Shown piece after piece: positions 13,336 through 26,032 of a DNA stretch of 64,000 bases (positions are counted from its first letter, which is position 1; every line of letters begins with the position of its first letter). A program made the translations under genes and the position numbers. Origin of the DNA: Octopus vulgaris (taxonomy: Eukaryota). The stretch is taken from the NCBI GenBank assembly GCA_951406725.2, contig OX597814.1, positions 21,638,001-21,702,000 of the forward strand, given 5' to 3'. The notes beneath the pieces were generated by a model. That model ran no database searches, was not told the origin of the DNA, and saw only the letters and a list, made by a program, of their open reading frames with translations.

Positions 13336-14791
13336 AGATCAAGGCTCTTCTTCATCTCATGCATACTCTTAGCATACACTTTCAAGCCATCCACATAGAG
13401 GCAGTGTGAGCTAATGTACAGAGCAAACATTTGATCATTATAAACAAATCATCCGTGCAGGCTGTTCAGCAACAAATGCATAATCTTCACCTGCCGTCTA
13501 CAACAGAAAAGTCCTTATGTATATTCATATATGTGTATGTATAGATGGATGGATGGATGTGTATGTACGTACTATGGACTCTCCTGTCGTAGTTGACAGG
13601 TGAGGGTTCTGCAGCTTCTTGATGAACAACCTACACAAAGCATTTTGTAGTGATCAAATGTTTGTAGTGTATATTAGTTCAAACACTCCATCAAATCGAC
13701 ATTGCTTGTACAGGTGCATAGGGTTCCACATGCTAGATGTCGAAATATTTGCAGAGTAACGTGAGATGGGATGTTTTGCTCAAAAACAGAGGAATTGAAA
13801 CGACGGTTTTCCGATGAGTGCAATACCCGAACTGCTATATACATATACATACAAACATATATATTCATATGATTTATATACACACACAGACACACAAACA
13901 CACACACACGCACGCACTCACACACACACACACACATGCATACATACATACATACTTACATGCATGCAAGCATACATACGTACATACATCTACGTGCGTG
14001 TGTGCTTGTGCCTGTGCGCGCGCATGCATGACCGAATTAACCATGTGTTTAGAATATGAAAAGAAATAGAGCACCACATAGTTGTAAGTAAATTATATGC
14101 TCCTATTGCTTACTACTAAGTGTGTGAATTAAATAAAAATATAAACCTTATATTCATTCAATAAACATTTGTGGGCTTGGGTTGGGAAAACAACTGTATT
14201 TTTCATTCATAGTTTTTCACGTTCAGCGCTTGTGTCATATTATATTGTCTCTAAGGTAACGGAAGGGTCAGAGCGCTATTGCTTGGCTATAGTAAAAGCT
14301 TCAGCATACTTTAATCTGACTGTGTGATTCAAGTATGTTCAAGTCACTAATTATTTGCTGAAAGATTGAACTTAGAAGTATTCGCGTTACATGCGAGTCT
14401 TTTGTGTGGGGTAAAATTCCAGAAATGTTTAACTTGCAAAATAGTCAAATAGTTTTCTATTTAAATAAACTCGCTGAAGTTTTCATATAGTTGCTAAGGT
14501 AAAAGTTTTAGACGTTATCTCGTAGAAGTATCTAAATAAAGATACTTTCCCCTTACCACTGCTGTCACAGTGGTTATTTTTCATTTTTTAAAATTATTTT
14601 TACTCTCATTCTTTCACTCAATCATTTGATTGTCACTATGTTGGAACACCGCCTTAAAGAGTTTTAGTCGAAGAAATCGACCTTAGGACTTATTCTTTGT
14701 AAACCTAGTGCTTATTCTATCCGTCTCTTTTGCCGAAGCGCTATGTTACACACACAAAGATACACACAAACACACATAGATGTATTCATAC

Positions 14792-14811
<20 letters not shown>

Positions 14812-14829
<18 letters not shown>

Positions 14830-15810
14830 TATGCATATATACATACATATATGTACTACCTACCTCAACATGTATATATACATGCATATATGGGTACAGG
14901 ACACCAAAAAAAACGTCGAACACAATGAGAAACGAAAACATAAACACAAAACCGAGGAAATGGACATTTTTTTAAACAACGAAAAAATAGAGTACAGGAC
15001 ATATTTCCCCTTCTTCAGTCGCCTTAATTTCATCTACTCCACGTTCCGTAGGTCAGGCGATACATGACTTCAATGAAATGTTCCTTCGCGCGGAAATCAA
15101 ATTAAATAAAATTTGAGATTTTTTTGCGGAGGGGTAAAAATAGTAACAAAAACAGGACAGTAACGACAGTACAAAATATAAACAGGACAACGGAGAATAA
15201 CAGTAACACAAACAAGGAGGGCTGTTAAGCCAAACGAGATAAAATTTTTTTACGAACGCTGTTCTTTGGGATCGGCAGAGCAACAGATTTTACCGTCCCT
15301 ACTTGGAGGAAGCTGGAGAAGAAAAGACAGAAATAGGCATCTCATCACGTGACCGCGACGGGACGAAGAAGGAGGAGTAAGAGAAAGGGAGAGAAAAAAT
15401 GGGGATGGTGGTAGAGAAAAGAATGAAGAATGAGAGAAAGAGGGAGAGACAGTAAGGTAGAAGAAAAGGAAAGCCAAAAGAATGAAGGCTGAGAAAGGGA
15501 GGGGGAGAGATAGGTTAAGAGTGCGCATCAGTATTAATATTAAGAACAATCTTACTTAGAAATGGATGCGTGCGTTCAGTCATATATAAATAAATAAATA
15601 AAACATATACATACATACATACATATATGTACGTACCTACCTCTACATGTATATATACATACATATATGGGTACAGGACACCAAAAAAACGTCGAACACG
15701 ATGAGAAACGAAAACATAAATACAAAACCGAGGAAATGGACATTTTTTTAAGCAACGAAAAGATAGAGTAGAGTCGCCTTAATTTCATCTACTCCACGTT
15801 TCGAAGGTCA
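14812..15810. repeat. ~230-bp direct repeat pair (14812-15056 / 15583-15810), Penelope pseudo-LTR-like
   Basis: Both copies carry ATGGGTACAGGACACCAAAAAAACGTCGAACAC..CCGAGGAAATGGAC..GTCGCCTTAATTTCATCTACTCCACGTT. The PLE assignment is an inference. Confidence 0.7.
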
Positions 15811-15811
15811 T

Positions 15812-16073
15812 ATCACCGTGACCGACCAGGCTCTTAAATGTTGCCACACATCGCTGGTCACAATGCGCTTCGCATTGTTTTAGCCTTCAGATGCCGCCAC
15901 CCTGCTGGCTAAGCGAGCAGGCCAACAGAAGAATGAGTGAGAGAAAGTTGTGGCGAAAGAATACAGCAGGGATCGAAACCCACCCACCCTGCCAGAGCCT
16001 CGTGGAGCTTTTAGGTGTTTTCGCTCAATACAAACTCACAACGCCCGCTGCCCTAATCACTGGTCCATTGCGC

Positions 16074-16075
<2 letters not shown>
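15812..16075 (-). mobile_element. SINE-like repeat fragment (family C)
   Basis: GC-richer block between microsatellites with a CORE-like segment (reverse complement GTGAGTTTGTATTGAGCGAAAACACC). Family recognised from memory only. Confidence 0.45.
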
Positions 16076-16170
<95 letters not shown>

Positions 16171-16763
16171 ATTGTTAAAGAGGACAACAAACGTTAAGGC
16201 AAGGCAAGCATCTCAAGTCATATACTTTATTATCATTGGAAAAATATTCAAAGTCTTATAAGGTACAGGACATTAACCTACGTGGATTTATGCAGGATTG
16301 CACCTAAGGACTTGGGGACATTTTCTACAAGATCGGAAAGTTGGACTGTGAACTTTTATGCTTCTGTTTTTCTTCTCTTTCTTCATCTCTTTATTCCTTT
16401 ACTCTTGTCCTCTGTGTCGTTATTTCAATAATCTATACCCTTCTCATTTTACCTATTTGTTTCCATGACGGACTATCCCATACTGTGGGATATCCCAGAA
16501 ATAGCTGTATGACTTTGATTTATTTTCCAATCGTAATAATGTTTGCCTTGCCTTAACGTTTGTTGTCCTCTTTAGCAATTATATATCCACTATATCGGAA
16601 ATCTGCAATGGTTCCATAACTAACGTCTCGGCTATAACCTTGGAGCCGTAGTAATCCGTTACAGCACTTACCTAGCGTACCTAGTCGTTTAGATCACCTG
16701 TGAACTAAACCCCCATATGTTATATATATACATATGTATATGTGTGTATGTATATAAATATTC

Positions 16764-16796
<33 letters not shown>

Positions 16797-17429
16797 TGTA
16801 TGTATGTATGTATGTATCAGTCAAGATTCCTCCCTCCGGAGGAGATAATTTAAGTTATTATGTTCGAGAAGACATTTTAATATCGTCTGAAAGAAAATTA
16901 ATTTGGCTCATTATACAAAGGAAATTTTCATTCTTGGAAAATAGACTCACTATGAAGAAACTGCCTATCGCTTCATTTTCCATCGCTTCCGTCTGAGTAG
17001 AAAGGGTTTGATCAATAACAAAATTGCTATTCAGTGGTAGAGTATCTAAGCCAACATAAAATTTGTTTTCCTGCCAATATGCAAACGTTAAGGAGTTCAA
17101 AAATGTTAATCATACTCACTTCTTGTCATCCACTTACTTCCATTGCTATACTTCTTAGTTCGAATTTTACTGATCTTAAAAATAATGGAGCTATATAACG
17201 GCCCGATTTTGCGTTGAAGGCTGAGGGGCAAAAGTTGCATGGGTTAGTTTGCGTGACGTATTATAGAATGGTTTTCACATAACCTGCTGCATTTTTTTTT
17301 TCAGTTGCATTACCTTAAGGCGTTGCTGTAATTTTTGTCGTCTATGAGGAAGAAGCCATAACAGCGCTTCAAGATAACGTAATTGAAGAGAAAAATTACA
17401 GCAGGTTATGCGAAGGTAATTTTTTAAAA

Positions 17430-17605
17430 AAGGTTTTGTTTACAATAGTCTCCATTCCGACACATCAACAAAACTAAAGCTATTAAGTTGACGTGCCACG
17501 TATGGGATTTGAAGACCAACTGCACGACACATACAATCAAGTGGAAAATCGTAGAGAAATCTATGCCAAAAATTAACAGCAATACCGTAACCGGTAGACC
17601 ATACG
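17430..17605 (+). mobile_element. Penelope-like C-terminal fragment
   Basis: PFRHINKTKAIKLTCHVWDLKTNCTTHTIKWKIVEKS resembles the PLE SFR..STxLSKH(I/V)WxLK...IKWxI segment. A related, more decayed fragment lies at ~26740-26995. Confidence 0.5.
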
Positions 17606-17779
17606 CCTGCACACACACACACACACAACACACAAACACACAAAAACAAACACACATATACACACACATATATACACATATACACACATGTACACATATA
17701 CATGCATACACATTTACATGTTTATATATATGTGTATAAATATCTCTCTCTCTCTCTCTATCTCTCTCTCACTATAATG

Positions 17780-19308
17780 TTGAGTCATCCCATAAATAAT
17801 GCGGATTTTTGAGTTGCATGAACTAAAATTCGTAGGGAGATGGGATAAACTACCTGTAGTAATTTTACCTCATTATTTTTTCAAAGCTATAATGGAAGTG
17901 ACAAAGGAGCATATTTGGTATATTTTGCTTTATGAGTTCAATGAAGGCAACAACGCAATGGAAAGTGCATGGGATATCAATGCAGTATATGGGTATTGGA
18001 CAATAAGTGTAACCCAGTGTCAACAGTGGTTCCAGAAATTCTGAGCCAGAAACTACAGCCTAGAATACAAGCCTCATCCTGGAAGATCTGTAGAGCTCGA
18101 CGAGGAGGCTCTGCAAACCTTGGTGGAACAAAATCCCATCGTAACTAGCAGAGAAGCTTGGATTTGATCATTCAACCATGCATCGACACCTGCGTGCCAA
18201 CGGAAAAGTCAGCAAGTTGGGTCAATGGGTTCCTCACAAACATTCCGAGTCTAATCGCGCGCAGAGAGTGAATGTGTGCTCTTCTTTGCTGTCACGTCTC
18301 ACCAATGAACCTTTTGGGGGATCGAATAGTGACTGGTGATGAGAAATGGGTTCTCTATAAAAATGTCAAGCGCAGAAGACAGTGGGTAGGGAAAGGGGAA
18401 ACACCGGCACCCCAGGCTAAAGAAGATCTTCACTCACGTAAGGTGTTATTGTTTGTTTGGTGGAATATGAAAGATTTAATCCACTTTGAACTTTTAAACC
18501 TAAGCTAAACGATAACAAAAGCGATCTACTGCGAGTAGCTTGAGCGGCTTAAGTGAGCGCTAGAAGAAAAACGACCATCTTTGCTGACAAGACGGAAAGT
18601 GTTCTTCCATCAGGATAATGCTCGGCCACATTCAGCGAGGATGACATTCCAAAGACAGGAGCAGTTTGAATGGGAAACGATGCCCCACCCATCATATTCG
18701 CCGGACGTTGCCCCATCTGATTATCATTTCTTCCGCAGTCTTGAAAATAATTTAGACGGCAAAAATATTAATTCTGTAGAACAGTACTGAAGGAGTATTT
18801 TTCGTCACGGATAAGTGAATTTTGGAAGAATGGCATTGCAAGTCTACCAGATAGATGGAAATGAAGGAGAGTACTACTACTATGGCAATCCCTCAAGGTC
18901 GAGGATGATGGTCTTCGCGCAAATTTATTGGTGAGTCCGCAGGTGACTGATAAGACCAATTCTTGCTCGAAAAGATCGGTCACAGTGCGGACATCTAGTG
19001 CCGGAAGGGAGAGTCGCACGTGGTTGTTGTTGGCGCTCCTTCCGTCTACGTCTTTTCTCCTCCAGCTCTGCAGACCTTTTCGACTCGAAATTCGCCGTTC
19101 CCTCAGGGATGGTGGTTTTCCAGAGTGGTCTGTTTTTTGCCGTTTCCTCCCAGTTGGTGAAGTCAATGTCACACTTTTTGAGGTTCGATTTCAGGGAGTC
19201 CTTGTAATGTTTCTTCTGGCCTCATATTTTAGATTAAAGAAGAACTTTGTTTATCTAAATTTTGCAAAATAACTGTAAAGAAAATGCATTATGTATGGAA
19301 TGGCCCAG
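17780..19308 (+). mobile_element. Full-length decayed mariner (DD34D) element carrying a nested RTE insertion
   Basis: TIRs TTGAGTCATCCCATAAATAATGC / GCATTATGTATGGAATGGCCCAG, with TA at the right end. ORF pieces MEVTKEHIWYILLYEF, RIVTGDEKWVLY, FFHQDNARPH and HPSYSPDVAPSDYHFFRSL. Confidence 0.92.
18872..19221 (-). mobile_element. RTE (BovB-like) LINE 3' fragment inserted into the mariner C-terminus
   Basis: Minus-strand GQKKHYKDSLKSNLKKCDID..WEETAKNRPLWK with a (TAG)n tail. It splits the mariner C-terminal ..NEGE|YILD* segment. Confidence 0.8.
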
Positions 19309-19711
19309 TATACGCATACATATATATGTATGATAATATATATATGTATGCATATGTAATATATATGAATGCTATAAAGACGTATTTTCAGTAAAATTCA
19401 GTAATCCGTGTTTATATATATATAGAGAGAGAGATAGATAGAAAACAGACAGATAGACAGGCAGACAATCAAACAGACAAGTAGGCACTCAGGCAGTCAC
19501 GCAGATATAAGACTGACAGATAAATAAGTACAAGACTGAATATTTGAGAAATATTTAACGCATAGCCTCGAAGTTTTTTTACTGTATAAAAAATATATTG
19601 CCAATATATGTCTATATGTAAGTATATATGCGTATGTGTGTGTGTGTGTGTGTGTGTGTGCATGTTAAAGACATACTTTGAGGGTTGGGAGATTAAAAAA
19701 TAACCCATATA

Positions 19712-19747
<36 letters not shown>

Positions 19748-19795
19748 TGTATGTATGTATGTATGTATGTATGTATGTATGTATGTATGTATACG

Positions 19796-19848
<53 letters not shown>

Positions 19849-20097
19849 TCGCAGTCAAATAACTGAAACAAGGAAAACAATAAAAGAATATATATATATA
19901 TATGTGTGTATGTGGGTATGTATGTATGTATGTATGTATGTATGTATGTATATAAATTTATATAGATATATATAGCCAATGTTTTTAATATTTTCTCATT
20001 TATAAATTTGATACACTTTCATAAATTTTTGCTTCACGGATCGTAAAACATTATGAGAAAATAAAAATAAACATTTCCATATATGTCTATATATATA

Positions 20098-20129
<32 letters not shown>

Positions 20130-20203
20130 CTTGTAAATAATTATGTACACGCATGCATACATATATACATAAAATTACATATATGTGTGCATATATATGC
20201 AAA

Positions 20204-20269
<66 letters not shown>

Positions 20270-20411
20270 TATATATATATACATAGATATATATGTATGT
20301 GAGTATATAAATATACACACACACACACATATATATGTATATGCATGGATGTGTATGTATATATGTATGTACATATATGTGTGTGAGTGTGTGAGTGTGT
20401 GTGTGTATGTG

Positions 20412-20456
<45 letters not shown>

Positions 20457-20843
20457 ACATATATATAGATAGATATGTATATACGTATAATATATATGTA
20501 TGTATGTATGATTCGTTACTAATATTTATGCCTTACACACGATAGATATTTTAATATTGGTTCTTTCAGTGAAATACAAATTGTGAAATATAACATTGTG
20601 GTTTTTTGCAGCGCAGAAGAACATTATATAGCACTGAATGCCAGAAGTATTGTGAAAATTTTTTGTAATGATTTGAATGGGCCCAAAATTAACGTGAATA
20701 CTAATTTATTTTCTCTTGTAATTACATACCCGAAAGTAGAGAACTATACCCTCTGCCTTCACAGAACTCTCGGACTGAGGACGTTGTTGTTGTTTAATCC
20801 CAAGTCTACTAATAATGTTCAATGAAGAATGAAGAATTAAACA

Positions 20844-21243
20844 GGCTGTGTGGTAAGTAGCTTGCTTACCAGCCATATGGCTCCGGGTTCAGTCCCACTG
20901 CGTGGCACCTTGGACAGGTGTCTTCTACTATAGTCTCGGACCGACCAAAGCCTTGTGAGTCGATTTTGTAGACAGAAACTGATAGAAGCCTGTCGTATAT
21001 ATGTATATGTATATGTGTGTGTGTGTGTGTGTGTGTCTGTGTATGTCCCCCCCTCCCAACATCGCTTGATGTTGGTGTGTTTTCGTCCCCGTAACTTAGT
21101 GGTTCGGCAAAACAGACCGATAGAATAAAGTACTAGGCTTACAAAGAATAAGTCCTGGGGTCGATTTGCTCGACTAAAAGGTGCTGCTCCAGCATGGCCG
21201 CAGTCAAATGATTGAAACAAGTAAAAGAGTAAAAGCGTAAAAG
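20844..21243 (+). mobile_element. Full-length tRNA-derived SINE (family A)
   Basis: tRNA-like head, internal (TG)n and a GTAAAAGA-type tail. Near-identical to 37501-37903, 38208-38590 and 51590-51982. Confidence 0.85.
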
Positions 21244-21954
21244 CGGCCTCAGCTATCTTCAAATGAAAAAAGAACAAACTAGAAACGATGTAATTCAGTT
21301 CTACCATATAAAGAAGTTTTATGTACAGGATGCGAGAATAAAACCTTCCATATTTCACACGGCCTTTATTGTGGTGCTGTTGAAGTTAGGTATGTTGTTA
21401 TGATGTCTTCATGTGGATAATGCCTTACCGTCTTTTAAAATGGTAAACTACATTTTTTTTCTGTTGAAACGTTTATGAAAAATGGTGAATGTAAGCGTTT
21501 TCTGCTGCACGTTGTTTATTTACTTCATTTGCAAAAGTAACACGCAATAGAGAAATATGAGAACACTAATTAATGAGAACAAGTGATTGACATTTTTCCT
21601 TCCCTTGCATGTTAAATAAACTCTGATATAGCTAAAATATTGTATTCACTCATTTAGACGTTAGGTACTAACAGTCTATGTCACAAACTAATTAAATTTA
21701 AATAAAGCTAAAGAAGCTCAAAAGTGAAAGAAAAGGCATCTTATTTCTGACATAGAAAACATGAAATAGTTTTCACAATGCGGTTACAAAATAAATTCGG
21801 AAAATCTCTTTCAATATACGTAAATGGACTCCGGCATAGCTGTGCGGTTAAGAATTCCCTTCCCAAACAAATGATTTCTGGTTCAGTGTTATTGCACGGC
21901 AGTTTCTACAATAGTCTCGGTTTGTCCAATATTTTGTGAGTATCAATCTATTTA

Positions 21955-22045
<91 letters not shown>

Positions 22046-22049
22046 GTCT

Positions 22050-22169
22050 ATGATCATCTCAAAACTCTATAGTTACATATATTACATAATAATATAGCAA
22101 TACTCTTGAGATTTAATAAAGTGTAACTTTATGTTAGAGAACGACTTGACCACTCCATTCTCTATGTGG

Positions 22170-22232
<63 letters not shown>

Positions 22233-23305
22233 AATGTATGTATGTATGTATGTATGTATGTATGTATGTATGTATGTATGCATGTATGTACATATAGGCC
22301 TGTATCTGTGTGTGTATGTGACAGTGGGTGGGAAATATTCATATGTGAAGGCGAATGTCTTATATGCTTGGATATTCGGCTCATGATTGTAAGGTCGTGA
22401 GTTCAATTTCTCGCGGTGCGTTGTATCATTGCACTAGACATTTTATTTCACGTTGCTCCAGACTTCTCAGCTGGCAAAAATTAGTAGTACCTGGATTTCA
22501 AGGGTCAGCAGCCATTTTGTGTTATCCTGAATCTCTCCGAGAAATACGCACGGGTGCGTATCTGTGGAGCGCTCAGCCACTTACACGTTAATTTCACGAG
22601 CAGACTATTTCATTGATCGGATCAATTAGAAACCGCGTCGTGAACGACGAAGTGTCAGTTATGTTTTCGTATTTGTACCTTTTGTTACAAGGGAGCAGAA
22701 AAGGCTAGTAACAACAGCCTCTTTGTTGATATTTGTCTACACCATGTTTCAGACACCCACATTGCCACTCTCACTGTTGGAAATACAATGAATCAAGGAT
22801 TGGCCTGTAAACTATGCCTCTGCTTTTCCCAACGAAATGGTGTGTATATATGTTTGTGTGCGCACACCTATGTGTGTGAATAAATTTAAATAAAACACAC
22901 ATTCGGAAGAATAGTGAAATCGCTTTTAATAAAATGTAAGACTAGCTTTCTCTCAGCGCTTTATTCAGCTGATGTTCGTTGTATATATACTTATAAAAAC
23001 TCACTTTCTCTAACTATAGATTGACAGATAGAGAGAAATGGGAAATGGATAGACAGATAGACAGATTAATCGGTAGAATGTTACTAATATGTCTCAAAGA
23101 CCGGGGGTCATCTTTTGAAAATGGATTTAATACATAACTCTGCTGAAGAGCTAACGTTTGATTGTATCAGTACACTGATCATCTCAAAAATCTATAGTTA
23201 CATATATTACATAATAATATAGCAATACTCTAGAGATTTGATATCGAGGAATCAAATGTAAATTTATGTAAGAGAACGACTTGTCCACTCCATTCTCCAT
23301 GTATA
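22050..23305 (+). repeat. ~125-bp direct repeat pair (22050-22170 / 23177-23305)
   Basis: TGATCATCTCAAAA..CTATAGTTACATATATTACATAATAATATAGCAATACTC..GAGAACGACTTG.CCACTCCATTCTC occurs twice. Both copies end at (TA)n or (TG)n. Confidence 0.8.
22345..22660 (+). mobile_element. tRNA-derived SINE (family B)
   Basis: Head GAAGGCG..CATGATTGTAAGGTCGTGAGTTCAATT and body TTTCACGTTGCTCCAG..CAGCTGGCAAAAA. Confidence 0.7.
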
Positions 23306-23341
23306 TTTATATAGATACATATGTGTGTGTGTGTGTGTGTG

Positions 23342-23406
<65 letters not shown>

Positions 23407-23419
23407 ATATATCTATCTA

Positions 23420-24788
23420 TCCTCTTCGTGCCAACTGGCACATAGGGCCTCCACGCTCGTTTTCTTGATGCATTCCATAATGATCATTCAGCTTGATTCC
23501 TTTCTTTTTCCATGTAGTTTGGGTCGACCAACTTTTCTCTTCTCAGGCTGCCAAGTCAAGGCAATCATGCAATCAGAATTGGGTTCCTTTCTGAATATAT
23601 GTCCAATCCAATTCCATCTTTTCCTTTTTACTTTTTGGCTTATCCTGGGGACTTGGGTTATTTTGTTGAGTTCATCCATTAATATGATGTTTGGCCACCC
23701 TATTTGCGCTATTTTCTTACGGTCTTTCTACTAAAAAGAATTCAGTTTTCTCTTATCGCTATTCTACATTTTCCAATTTCACAGCCATAAAGAAGTGCAG
23801 GTCTTACCAGCGTTTTGTAGTGTATGATCTTTCTATCCCTGTTTTGATCACCATACTTTGTCCAGTTTGATCCAGTTCCATGTTTACACATTATTCTTTC
23901 ATTTCCCTTATTATTTGCTCCAACCTTGGCATTCATATCTACAGTTACTCTAACCATATCATGTTTGTGCAGATTCTCGACTACAGTCTGCAGCTGTTCA
24001 TAGAATGTGTCTTTTACCTCATCCTCTGCATCCGTTGTAGGTGCATACACGTGGATGACTGTTAGTTTAATGAATTTGGAATAAAATCTGACTGTGATGA
24101 TTCTCTCATTCACGGGTTTCTATTCCATGAGTGCCGATTCTGCAGCTTTGGACATCATAAAAGCTACTCCACTACGGTGTATCTCGTCTTCTCTGCCAGA
24201 ATAGATGAGAGTTTCCCCTGTGCTAAGCTTCATTTTTACCAAAACCAGTCCATCTACACTCACTAATTCCTAGAACATCGATGTTGTTGTATGTTTTCAA
24301 AACTTGAGCAGTTTTCCCGATCACGTACATTGTTCTGACATTCCAATTTAAATCATATGCATATACATATGATTTAAAATTTATTTTGGTTTTGCAAGTG
24401 ACTATTTCGATCACTGGGTTTCCTTGCGGCTTTGGCCCAACAATGTCATTATGCTCTGGTCATACAAGAATCTGATGCTATCGCTATCTGGTACTTGTTA
24501 AGTTTCATTTTCAAAGCCTGATTTCGTACGGTATGAACTTTCTCTTTGATCGCTTCTGGTTTCTGTTAATAAGTGCTTTTTTTTTTACGAAAATTGGTTA
24601 TTAGCCCATTGCTCAACCCCACCAACCTGGAGAACCAGTGGACTATTCTGTGTCTGACTTCTACCCGTCGACCTTACTGCCTTAAGTGACCCTACCAGGA
24701 GTACAAGACTCATGACGGCATAGCTCTTCAAGTTATCGAAGCACGCAAACACCCCCACCAACGTTAAGATGATAGCCCACGGGGGTGC
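23420..24788 (-). mobile_element. RTE-clade LINE with both ends retained and the RT domain deleted
   Basis: 5' UTR; APE motifs WNVRTMY, DVLGISECRW, VYAPT..KDTFYEQL and DMNAKVG; then directly YKTLVRPALLYGCE and RWNWIGHIFRK..GRPK; 3' end GCCCTATGTGCCAGTTGGCACGAAGAGGA. Confidence 0.85.
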
Positions 24789-24842
24789 ATGTATGTATGT
24801 ATATAAATATATATATATATATATTTCTTTACTCTACTTATA

Positions 24843-24907
<65 letters not shown>

Positions 24908-25849
24908 GTATGTATGTGTGTGTGTTTTTGTGTGTATATACAATATATATATATATATACAGAGAGAGAGAGAGGAGAAGAACAAATATAGGAATATGAA
25001 ATGAATGCCACACAATATAAGTAATTGATTTATTAAAATTACCTCAGTTTTTTTTTTTTTTTACCAAATGACAATTAAGACGACTTCCATATGAAAAGAG
25101 ATAATCTTCAAGAATTCTCCATAGTTGACGTGCTTTTAAAGAAAAGGACAACTTTATTGTCTGAAAATGAGGGGATAGTTATATACACGTGTTTCTGCCT
25201 CAATATGCTTCATCAGCACGCAATCGTTCTAACTTATCTCCAGCCACCCAAGGGCGTAGACGTATGCAAAAGCGGTTGAACATATTTATAGTCTAGGTAA
25301 TCTGCATAATTTAAAAAAAGAGAAAAGTGGCCAGTAGCATGTACTATGTTGTTAAAAAGGATTGTTTTTATCTGTCAGTTTTGACATTTTTTCCATCAGA
25401 AATATAGTGAGCCATTGATTGGTGTCTTGGAAACAATAGCTACCGGCATTATTGTTCTCAAATGTATGACATAAAAAATGGCTGTAATAATAAATTTTGA
25501 CTCATTAGTTACACTTCTGATTAGACAAGTGAGTAATAATAGTTATTTTCAGTTATTGACTAAAGGACACAAGAGTATTAATCTTTTCTAGTGACACAAC
25601 ACTGTGTGTATTGAGAATTTTAAACTCGTGATCTTTTTCTGTCGACATATGTCAGACACAAAGTTTTTCAAAGCTAATAAATACCACAGTATACCATAGA
25701 AATATAGGATACATTGGATAATGTAGCCTTAGACTTACTGTTTGAATAAAAGATGATTGATCATAGCTAGAACGCCTTTTGATCAATGGTCTGCTCGACC
25801 ATTGCAGGACCAGGACTGAACAACAGTTAGTGTTTTAGGTACAGAAAAT

Positions 25850-26032
25850 TTGAGGGGAGGGTTTAGTCAATGCCATCGTCCCAGTACTTGACAGGTACTT
25901 TATTTTATGGAACTTGAAAGGATAAAAGACAAAGTTGGCATCGGCGAGATTTGAAATCAGAATGCAAAGAGCCAGAAGAAATACCACAAGCCTTTTTTGC
26001 GGCGCTCTAACGATTCTACCAGCTCACCGCTT
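25850..26032 (-). mobile_element. SINE fragment (family D, Meta-like central domain)
   Basis: Diverged reverse complement of ..GTTCAAATT..GTCGACTTTGCCTTTCATCCTTTCGGGGTCGATAAA..AGTACCAG. Related copies at 33465-33630, 35817-35988, 37910-38075, 46020-46370, 46985-47140, 47640-48060 and 53815-53985. Confidence 0.65.

Noticed and set aside
13420-13668. Inverted pair around a TATG/GGAT tract
   Set aside because: Best explained as two diverged ends of the same interspersed repeat in opposite orientation rather than a single element.
14995-15060. Minus-strand GAAC/GAAAC..CTGAAGA as a type II hammerhead
   Set aside because: Stems I-III could not be paired convincingly.
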